From contig NW_025964383.1 of the NCBI RefSeq assembly GCF_023055435.1, positions 48,670,001 through 48,734,000 of the forward strand: a DNA stretch of 64,000 nt, in the 5' to 3' direction. This DNA is from Haliotis rufescens. Taxonomy: Eukaryota. Below are positions 39,836-50,267 of this stretch, in pieces. Positions within the stretch are counted from its first letter, which is position 1. Each line of letters begins with the position of its first letter. Position numbers and translations under genes: made by a program. A model generated the notes under the pieces. That model saw only the letters and a list, made by a program, of their open reading frames with translations. It was not told the DNA's origin and did no database searches.

Positions 39836-40973
39836 CGTCTGTTTGTAGTCACGAAGTAAATCTCGTTTGCCGCCGCCGCCTTCCCGCCCTCTTGGAGGCA
39901 CCGTGCCGCCCTCTTGGATGGGGAGATGGCCCACTCGGAACCGGAAGTGACGTCATCGTGACGCCATCCTTGACCCACAATGCCCTGCGCAGAGGTCAAA
40001 GGTCAAAAGTGGTCCTAGGACGATGCACTCAACTACTGACGTTTACGCTCCCTAAGTCATACATAGGATGTGATAATTACTAGATGAAGACACATGTTTA
40101 GTAACACAACTTCACGTCAGGTCTATAATACAAATATTAGGAATATGCGTATAAATGTTAACCAATTAACCTCAGCTCTTTCACAAAATATTGTCATGCG
40201 CCAAGCTACTGCTACACCGGTCAGCTTAAATGTGCAAATATGCTCGTGCTTGAAAAATAGGTTATTTAACATACAATGGGTAGGTTTCTCCGATCAAAGG
40301 TTGTACTTTCGTGTTCCCATAGTGAAAATAGGACGAGTGCAACTGAGTTGTCATGCTCCAGAAATATATAAATAGTTTTACATTAAATTAATGGTATATA
40401 TAGAACATGGGATATTTCATTACATGATTTCAGTTTCCATCCTATTGTCCATTATTTACAAAAAGCAAATTTTATAATAAAAATAACAATAATAATAATA
40501 ATAATAATAATTATATTATGTGTAAAATACGTCAAACGTGTGAGAGTAGTTGTATTTACTGATGATGTTTTGACCAATGGTGCGTCATAAAGTCACACAC
40601 TGTTGTTCCATAGTCTGAAGTACTTCACAGGGGGGAGGAACTAGAAGTTAATAGTATGTTTCATTATCATATATATGACATATGAACTGTATTATGTGAA
40701 CCTATTTGAAGCCATGTTTATCAAGAAACCTAGATGTTGATAAGATTAGGCAACAGTGTACTCAGCAAGTGGACACGGCAGATGCTGGTGATTAAATAAA
40801 TGTTCACAACGATTGATTATCGTGCGTATCGTGTAAGACTAATTTCAATTCAATTGCAACTTCCCTGACCACAGTTTTATATAATGAGTAATTTAAGACC
40901 TATAGCTGGGCCACTCTCGTCCGATGAGAAATATACATATCTTCATATGGCCTCCTTCATCTTATTACCACAG

Positions 40974-41127
40974 CCCCGTGGCCTGGTGGATAGAGCGTCT
41001 GCCGGGAAGGAGGAGGTCAGTGGTTCGATCCCCGGCCGGGGGATATCAAATGACGTCAATGGATGGTATTTGTTGTTTCCCTGCCTGGCGTTCGGCATTA
41101 AGGGGATAAAACAAGAACTGGTCGGTT
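40974..41127 (+). mobile_element. tRNA-derived SINE 5' part, with a central region resembling the MetaSINE domain
   Basis: A box tggcctggtgg and B box ggttcgatccc, followed by atggtatttgttgtttccctgcctggcgttcggcattaagggg. The family assignment is from memory. Confidence 0.6.
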
Positions 41128-41224
41128 CTGAGTTTGAAAGCTTTATCCATGTTAAGCTGAGTTATGTAATTTCTGTTAAACCCTATTTTACCTCCCCAAA
41201 CCCCTATCTTATTATGTTTTATCC

Positions 41225-41360
41225 AGATAACTTTCCAAGTGTCAACTTTCCCTTTATATCCAGCAATATTCCTGCAGTATCATTCGATTCGTAATCAAAA
41301 GTTGTGAGATCAGGGCTTCATCATTCAAGGCCTTCGTAAGGCTTCCACAACTATGATGCA
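41225..41360 (+). mobile_element. Penelope-like retroelement RT remnant
   Basis: Reads DNFPSVNFPFISSNIPA, then KL*DQGF..LRKA, resembling the PLE motif F.IVNFP.L.SNIP. Confidence 0.55.
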
Positions 41361-41947
41361 TAAGATGACATAGGAGGTTCTAGATTATACAATGATATTT
41401 CATTACACATTAATCAAATACAGTTCAAGGCTACTTGACATTTCATACTGTCGAGCACTGGATTGTCTGAACCAGACTTAAAGACCGCCGTCATGTAGCT
41501 GAAAAATCGTATATTGTTAAACAAGAAACAAGTAAACATATATCAAATTTGTAATAAACATTTAAGCCTGGGTCTCACCTTGCTCATTTGCGCGGCACCT
41601 CTCCTCTGCTGTTTTCCTAAATCGCGCGTTAATTGAAACTAACCCTGCTTCCTTGTTGATGACACGTCGCACCTCTACAGCTTCTAGTTGAGTTGCCTTG
41701 TCCTCATTTCAACAGGAAATCAAAACAAGCCAAGAGAGTTAATCTACTTTCGATAGCTGTAGTTTTTCCAATAATTGTATAAACTAAAATAGCCGTGTGT
41801 ATAGCGAGTCAGCGATTATCAATATTCACCTAGCAGAAACAGTGGTCAAGCTTCCAAACTATCCAGGGATATCCAGGGTAACAAAAAATGATCTTCAAAC
41901 AAGGGCTGCTCTTGATGTACTCTGAGATGAGAGACGCGTTTGTCCAC

Positions 41948-42020
41948 TTATATAGTCTAAATATCTTCTAGAAAGTTCCACACTTTGCACCTTTAGTCGA
42001 TAGCTCTTCCAGAAGATTCC
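41948..42020 (-). promoter_or_regulatory. TATA box with two perfect heat-shock elements
   Basis: TATATAA on the minus strand at 41954-41948. cTTCtaGAAagTTCc at 41965-41979 and cTTCcaGAAgaTTCc at 42006-42020 both match nTTCnnGAAnnTTCn. Confidence 0.65.
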
Positions 42021-42496
42021 AGATTACAGTTGACTCCAAAAGCATCAAAATAAAGTAATTTGCTTACATTAGACAGTACTACATTCCTGACAAGTAATTA
42101 TTGTTAAAACACTATATTCTGAACTTCTACTGAACCTTGACAGTAACAATCTAATACAATTACAACATTGTTTAACAATAAGTTTAACTGCCACATATCA
42201 AGACTCACGCACGTAGTTCTATTCTATGAAAGTTTTTGCATTTTCAAAATAACAAAGAATCCATTTTTGTCAGTCCTCAATTGCATTTAATAACATTATC
42301 ATTCTGTCGACTGCACATGATTCATTGGAGACATTGTACCGTATGGTGTGTTTCTGCGTCTTGTACTTGTAGGGCCGAAGGTTGGATTTGATTATCCATA
42401 TGGGCCCAACATGTGAAGTCCATTTCTGCTGTCCCTCACCAAGCCTGTGCTGGAATATTGCCTACTGCTGTGTTACACCATACTCTCTTACTGTTG

Positions 42497-42700
42497 TGGG
42501 TGGCCCAGTCATCTAAGGCCCCGCAATTCCCTTCCCCTTGGGCCCCTTGGGCAACCAGAACCCATGATTGTAGCTTCGAATCCCGTTTCGAATTATGTTT
42601 CTAGGTTTGTGGTAGACTTTCCTCCCACATTAAGCCCACATGCTTTGATATAACTGGAACGCTGTTCAAGCGGTTAAACCCAACTTTCTCACTCACTAAC
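42497..42700 (+). mobile_element. SINE family C, degenerate and internally deleted
   Basis: gggtggcccagtcatctaaggccccgcaattc...ttcgaatcccg...aaacccaact followed by (ctca)n. Confidence 0.7.
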
Positions 42701-43053
42701 TCACCTTTATCATTGTATAACATTATGAAGAATGTTACCATGATACCATGATATCAGATATGTTTTCACTGAATGCGAAAAGAAACCAGATGTATACCCA
42801 ATGCTTATTTTTTTACTGACTCTAGTGAACAAGAAATATGCTAATAATATCGAATGACCAAGTAAGATTGGTTGTATAGCTCTCTTAGTTGAGTTTAACA
42901 TGATGGATTAAAGAAAACAAAGACTGGTCCCGTGCCGTCTTCATTGATGTCACCGTCAGTGATCGGACTGAGGTAAGCTGACAGGTTGGTCAGCCTCTGT
43001 ATCCTGTAGGTTGTGTTGCTTCACCTGCACCGGCCTGTGAACCTTCATCCGAG

Positions 43054-45339
43054 TGAGTGAGTAAGTTGGGTTTAACGCCGCTTTTAACATTATTCCAGTT
43101 ATATCACGGCGTGCCAGCTTAAAGGGGCACTGATCTAACGGACTGGTTGTTGCCTTTGTTATTGTTTTCCCCCCGTGAGTACCCGGATGATACGCAATGC
43201 AACTGAGCGTGACCAGAGACTGGGGTACCGTCTGCCAGGACAGCTAAATAAACTTGAGGCTGGAGGCAATATTTGTTTTACGGATTTTTGAACACTGATT
43301 GGTTAACTGTGATCTATAAAGATTTCGACAAAGGGCGCATGTTAATTCATTTCTTCAGCCTCAACAAACAGAAAAAAAGAACAAGGGAGCTCATCGGATG
43401 TCGTCATTTGGAAATACCCCAGATGGTTATAGTTTATACTAAAAACAGTATCCATGCAGTGAAAGCATTTTCGGATTTCGGCTTGCGTCGATAATACGAT
43501 TACTACTCCCATGTTGTCATCCACGTTTTCTCGTATAACCCTACACTTGTGTATTTGTCTCCATTCACTTGATGCTCAGTTAATGAATTTATTACAAGTA
43601 CAATTAGTGGTAGCACCACTTATATTACCTGACAAAGGTTCCCATTTGGCATTTATTGTGTCTGGGGTAATTATTCAATCTAAATCCAGGTTTGAAGTGA
43701 GGTGAAATGTGTGTTATGTAATATGCACGTGGCAGCCCAGCAAGAGATGAATGATCAGTTGATTTACAGAAAATACGTTGATTGATTAATCACTGTTATC
43801 TTGCACAGTGGATATGTCAAGAGTGAGTGTTTACATGTCTAGGTTTACTAAAACAAAGGGAATACACTCATATCATGGCGCGAAGTGCCGATGTAAAAAC
43901 AACATACTTTGTTCAAAGGGTTAACTGATAATACGTTGATTGATTGATCATTGTTATCTATCACTCAATGGAATTTTTAGGAACCGTGGACGCTATGAAA
44001 ATAGTTGTCACGTGGGCTTTCTCAGCCGACCACTGAGACTTGACACCTATGTAAAACACCTGAAACAATCCAAGCGATCAGTTGAGAAACGAACACGGGT
44101 TATAATATCCCGAAACGATAAATATCTTTTAAAATATTTGATTGTTACTGAGACACGTGACATCGAATAAGTTTCTTTGTACAGCTGCAGACGAGTGGGA
44201 TATTGTTCCTTTGTGTGGATATTCACGGATACATTCCTCGAACAAGGAAGCTGCCTAAAACTTATACACATAAATTTGGTAGGTTGTAATTATGATATCT
44301 GCATTTTGTTTTCCTTCATTTGAACCGATTCGTTCTTGTTTCTCTACGTCTTGGTTGGGAAATTCTTCAATGCGCGATAGACGTTGTTGTCACAGGTCTT
44401 TTCCTTTGTAAGCGTGTAAATATTACAGTCAGTTTGTAAAATGTGATTCTCTCAGGCAATTTATAAAATGTGTAAATATTTCAGTCATTTTGACTAAAAA
44501 ATCTGTCCAGATTGATCAAGACGATCAAAAGGGCCTACAAACATCACAACAGATTATTATGTAGGATTAAAAGCCAAACAACTTAGAAATGTACTTTTCA
44601 ACGTTACATTTTCAGTCTCTTGGTGATGACGTTAAACATCAAAATGTTTGGAATTCGTTGTCATAATAATACAGATGGAAATGTTTTTCAGTCCCTTTGT
44701 AAAATAACTGAATATTTAGACGTTTAATAAATTTGTTACACATTTGACAGTAAAAAAATATACACACTATAAAAAAGCATATGCTCAAGTGAAATATATA
44801 CTTTGTGTTGCAAGTCAAAATAGTGTAAACGAAAATCGCAAAATTACCAAGCAAGTGACTTATCAAAACTTCGACACCATTACCGATGCTATTCACAAAG
44901 ATACCTACATTTCCTTATTATCTCGAAAACTGTATTTGATTTTGTTGATCAATGTGACCATACGCCCTAATTACTACCCATAAAAGTGACTAATGCGCTT
45001 ACGAATGGCGCAGCAGAGGTCACGAACTAGTCTAGATTTCTGCTATACATCCGGGTACTCACTGGGAAAAAACAATAACAAAGGCAACAACCAGTCTCGG
45101 GGAATTGCGTTAGATCAGTGCCCCTTTAATGTGGGAGGAAAGCCCGAAGTGACGCAGGTCTAAGACGTTTACCACTTCGGTGAAACCTACGAGCACGGGT
45201 ATGGTGCTGACATACCTAGAAACATAATTGGGGCGAACCGGGATTCGAACCCACAATCACAGGTTTCTGGCGTGCCCAAGGGACGCAACTCTGCACAGCG
45301 AATTGCGGCGCCTTAGACGACTGGGCCACCCGCGCCCCC
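43054..45339 (-). mobile_element. Full-length SINE family C split by a nested DNA transposon (tail 43054-43118, head 45130-45339)
   Basis: 13-bp TSD accttcatccgag at 43041-43053 and 45340-45352; A box and B box (ggttcgaatccc) in the head. Confidence 0.85.
43123..45125. mobile_element. Kolobok-like non-autonomous DNA transposon (~2.0 kb)
   Basis: TTAA TSDs at 43119-43122 and 45126-45129. Termini AGGGGCACTGATCTAACG...CGTTAGATCAGTGCCCCT. TIR extends ~70 bp with one indel. AG..CT ends with TTAA fit Kolobok rather than piggyBac (CC..GG). Confidence 0.8.
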
Positions 45340-46278
45340 ACCTTCATCCGAGCCACCTATAGCATGAACATTAACATGAAGAGTATATTATAATTTATTT
45401 AATCAATTCAGTCTTACATTTGTTTGACGGTGGTTTAATAAGTGCTGGTGATAGGATAGATATACTAACCCATCATGAATCTATATTAAACATGACAAGT
45501 GGTTTCATCGCGGTGTCTGACAATTATTCCCACTATCATGGAATAGAACAATATCAACTTGCACTTGCCAAGTATGACATTGTTACCTTTGTGGTGACAC
45601 CTAAATACTGGCATATCCGCATATAGTCTTGTGCAAACAGATTTACAGGATATTCTCGGCGTTTCCATTTTGATATCACCTCGTAAAACATATGTTTCAA
45701 CAAAAATTTCACAGTCGGTTCAACCAAATGCTTTGTGAACAATTTTGAAGTAACTTCTTATCGATATATATCTCAAAAACTGGTTCGATGACATACCTGA
45801 AAATAAGCTCTCTTTGTTGTTAGTTGGATGACTCTGCACCCAACACTATTCGGGCCGTGCGACGGAAGGCTGACCAGACAATCAAGTGATTGGTATCTTG
45901 AGCAATACCATCAACCAAGTCACCTGACTTTGATCCGATCCATCAAGGAGGCGCGAAATATACATGAAGTTAGAATTCATGATTGGAACAACGAGAATAT
46001 CCGTCCTGTGACACAGCCTGGTACATAGGTTGTCATCGGTAGGTCCAGATAGGATAGGAATATGTTTTTTCACTTGTTTCTTCATTTATCCTCCCTGTTG
46101 AATACTGAAATCTTGAAATTAACGCGAGCGTGAATTAAATGTGAAAAACGCGAGTGGTCTTTGTTCGCATTAATGAAACTTCGCATTTATGTCTCCAAAA
46201 TGACTATCAGCAATCTGCACACTTTGTATAGCGGAAATACCAACTTGAATATATACACAAATATAGAATAATAAACGA

Positions 46279-46396
46279 GCTCCCGTGTAATACCAATTTT
46301 ATGAAACGAGTGAATAGCTCTGGTATCTGACGAGCGAAAGCGATTCAGGTACCACAAGTATTCACGAGTTTTATAAAATTGGTTTTACACGGGAGC
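46279..46396. repeat. ~118-bp imperfect palindrome (fold-back, MITE-like)
   Basis: gctcccgtgtaataccaattttat...ataaaattggttttacacgggagc arranged around a gcgaaagc centre. Confidence 0.75.
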
Positions 46397-47006
46397 GAGT
46401 TAAGTATTTTATTTATTACTGGCCATTTATAACGTTTTTAGAATTATACCTACACGATCAACAGCATAATCCAATTGCGTTTAACACAGTAATACTTCAA
46501 ATACGTCAAAAGTTGAAACGTATGAGTTTAATACCATACAACGGTCCACCTTTAGAATTCAGGCGTCCGTTCCACAAACTTATCGTAGCGTTAAGGTTAT
46601 CGCAACTCACATACTTTAACTGAGACCAACGACTGTCGTTGCGCTACAGTACGATCGCCTTGTGGAACGGGGCCTTGCACCTCAAAGTTTACAATCACGT
46701 CACAGTACCCGATGACGTAATTTGTGGAATATTGTTGCAAGATCCATCGGCGAAACAATGCCTAGTAACAAGGCTGCTGGGGTCATCGAGTGTGCATAAA
46801 CTCCTCTCAGTGATCTATCATCTCCACCCGCAATGTCGTTGAATAAGCCAAGGGATGTCGAGAGCTTTCAATATTTGTTCGTAAAACGTGTTCCGAGAGT
46901 ACATAAGCACGCGTTTTGGTATTACACAATGTGTAATGCAGCTGTATGTTTATTAAACGGGTGATGTCTTCACGGGCAAGTAATAAACACGATTTACTGA
47001 GCAGCA

Positions 47007-47203
47007 GATCCGGGTAGAATAGGTCTTCAGCAACCCTTGCTTGCCATAAAAGGCGACGCTGATTGTCGTAAGAGGCGACTAACGGGATCGGGTGGTCAGG
47101 CTCGCTGAATTGGTTCATGCATGTCAACGTATCCCAATTGCGTGGATCGATGTTCATGATGTCAATCACTTGAGTGTCTGGTCCAGACTCGATTATTTAC
47201 AGA
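47007..47203 (+). mobile_element. SINE-like repeat family B
   Basis: gatccgggtagaataggtcttcagcaacc...ggtccagactcgattatttacag. Confidence 0.8.
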
Positions 47204-47889
47204 GTTATCACTTCTTGCGTCAAGAGTTCTACCCTCTCGGGTCAACTTAGGCATCATTGACCACTTGACACGTAGACCTTAACTAATGTAGTCAACACAT
47301 CCGATTCGTATACAAAACAAAGAACAGTCAGATTAACTGTGACAAAGGCACAGTTTCCATCCCCGAGGACACCTACAACGGTCTACAATGTTCTAAATGA
47401 CCCATACCTAAATTGACACAGAAGTTACATTGGCGTTTTAAGAGTTAGACGTTACCCTGTGACGAAAGATGTTTTAAAGCAATGTTATTCCGCATGTCCT
47501 GGAAGAAGCCTTGCGGTCATTATGTGTCAACTTAAGCGTAATGCACATGTTCATATACCAGTCAAATACACAAATATGTTTAAACAGTACATAAATAAAC
47601 ACAGCCATGTGTACACCCGAGAGACATGTTTGTGTTCTCCGGGGGCATATATCCCAAATGAAGTTAACGCATTTCAGCCTTGAACACAAGGTTATAATGC
47701 AACGTATAAAACATGTCAGTGTATAAGTCGCTTATAACCGCGAGACGATACAGTGCTACCGCCCCACGATAAATCAACACATTACGAACATGTGAATGAC
47801 ATCGAGGTGTCACAGCGATATATTTATGAATAACAGCAAGACCCAACTGTGATATATTTGTCCACCAGCGAGATGCCTTTGTTTGATCC

Positions 47890-48400
47890 ATATTTACTTA
47901 TAAACTCCAAGATATACACAACTTATGTAGGATGACAATATGTCTTTGAATACCAATAACTCATATGCAAGTATCAGCAGAGTTTGCATTTTGAAACATT
48001 TTGAAATTTCGTTATGTTTATAGCAAAGAGAAAAAGACTGAAGACACGGCCCTGTCTGGCACCACTATATTGATTCAAAATATTCCCCAATGGATGTGTT
48101 ACAAATTCACACTGCAGCTTTTATATTTGAAAACATATTCCTTAATATTGTGAATAAGTTTCCATGTATACCATTCTTCAATAGTGAAGGCAAAATTATA
48201 CTTCTATTAATAGAATCGATAGTTGTGTTTTAAATATAAAAATATACAATAAAATCTCTGATATTTCTGCACCAGACATTGTAAAGTAAATATGTCATCA
48301 GACGTTCAGTTGTCTTTACGGAATCCCGCTTGTGCTACTGGGATCTTCTCAAAGTATACCGCCATAAACGGTTATTTAAAATTATACAAAATATTTTCCA
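47890..48400 (-). mobile_element. Degenerate non-LTR (LINE) reverse transcriptase fragment
   Basis: Minus strand reads AQAGFRKDN*TSDDIFTLQ, DSINR, KNGIHGNLF and SGARQGRVFSLFLF, matching the QxGFR, DSIxR and GVRQGxxLSPxLF motifs, with stops and frameshifts. Confidence 0.8.
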
Positions 48401-50267
48401 AAATATAGTAATCAAGATATATTTGTATAGTGACATATATGTAAAACGTCGAGGCTCCACGTTGACATATATGCAGAACAGCGAGACTCAAAGGGACAAG
48501 AACTCTGTCAGGACAAGGCAGACAGTATCCTTTCATTTTTTGAAAGAGTATGCACAATCGCACCGAATAATTTAATCGAGCACTGGCTGAATAGTCACCA
48601 TACAAATTACAAACGGAAATGCTTCAGTAACACTTAGTGAGTGAATCAGGCAGTGAGTCACAGTCAGCAATATCACTGACATATTCTTTTTGAGGGAACT
48701 GATTTTACAGATCAGTTATATTTTCCATTGCATGCCACATCCCTGAATAGGTAGTTGTTGATTTGGCAGGAATTGTACTTTGAAATGAAAAGCAATAAGA
48801 GAGCCCGGTTTATTGTGTCTGCTAAGGCTTAGGTCATAATATCCTGACTTGCATGTGGGCTTTTGTAACAGTCTGTGTACATATATCCAATATTGAATAT
48901 GAATCACTATGTCAGGATAATCAGTAGTGTGTGCATTCGTCTTTGCAGCATGTGCTTGCTGTGTGGAACGAATGCTGATCAGTTCCACTGCCAAAACGTT
49001 GAATGGACATGTTGGCGAGTGGCCGGGTACATACCGGGTTATTGTTCGCTTTACATGTAATTTGTTATGCAAGCCAAAGGCAATACCTTGTATTGAAGAT
49101 TGCACGTTCAATAGTCAGCAGTACAATTGTATAGTAGGCTACAGATAAATGACGAGTGGACATACTGGTGAGTGGCTGGGTACATGCCTATTTATTGTTC
49201 ACTTTACATGCAGTAGCAATACAAATAAATAAAAGCCACAAAAAATCATTTCCATATTCAAAGGCATATCTGTTACAAGCTGATTTGTTTGTAAGATTTG
49301 GGCTATATTATGAACATGTGTGTATGAATCAAAATCAAATAGTGATAATACCAGGTGCTTTACCAGTTATATATACTATTTACAAGACAGCAAATGTCAG
49401 GAAGCTTAATAAAATATATCAGTTTTATAAGTAGCTTAGTGAATTTACAAGTGATTTACAACGTTAATGTGACATTGCAGTATTTCAACTAAACAGTAAT
49501 ACGTGCATTTGACAAACACCAACGAGAAGGTTCGCGGTTTGGTATAGATACCTTAGATCCAAACTATAACACATATATCAACTATCATCACTATACGAGA
49601 CTATACATCATGAGCAGGGGATGATAGGCCTGAATGAAAGAGAACAGAACGCATCCTTGCTGGAGATAACCAGCTGATATGACATCTGTGTCACACATGT
49701 CCAATACGTTCTCTGATCAGGCATTGTTACAGACATACACCAAACATATTTCACAAAACACATTTATAAACTAAATTACAATTAGCACATGCAGACATGT
49801 GATATAGTGGACATTTAGACATATTAAGGTGTGGTGTGTATCGTACGGTGGCATAATGCCTCCCCCTCCATTAAGGAATATTTAAGAAACAGATACATCT
49901 TTACATCTGGTTTAAATTAAATGAGAGTTATTGAGTTTAGTTATAAGTAAAATTATTTCTGCGTTACAGGACACCCCAGTGCTGCTACATGTACCAAAGT
50001 GAGTGAGTGGGTGAGTGTCGCTTTGAACAGAGTTTCTGTCATATCAGCGTGTGTCAGTGTAAATGGAAGCCGAAATAACACACGAGAGACGTTGACCACC
50101 TGGATGAAACGACCAGGCTTGGTTGCTATAAAACCAAGGGCAAATCTGACAAGTCTGAGGGACACAACGCGGCACAGGGAAATAGCAGCACCTCAGACGA
50201 CTGTGCGACCACTACCATTAACTGTAAAGCAGGTGGAATAATGGTGCAAGCACAGCGTGTTCGTCCC

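Larger units (their letters stand above)
34869..40037. mobile_element. Non-autonomous Polinton/Maverick derivative (5169 bp)
   Basis: Termini AGTAGTTGAGTGCATCGTCC...GGACGATGCACTCAACTACT. Perfect 6-bp TSD GACGTT at 34863-34868 and 40038-40043. GC-rich inverted repeats: 39868-40037 mirrors 34869-~35360. Confidence 0.85.

Noticed and set aside
43123-45125. piggyBac assignment
   Set aside because: The TTAA TSD fits, but the AGGGG..CCCCT termini are not the CC..GG type.
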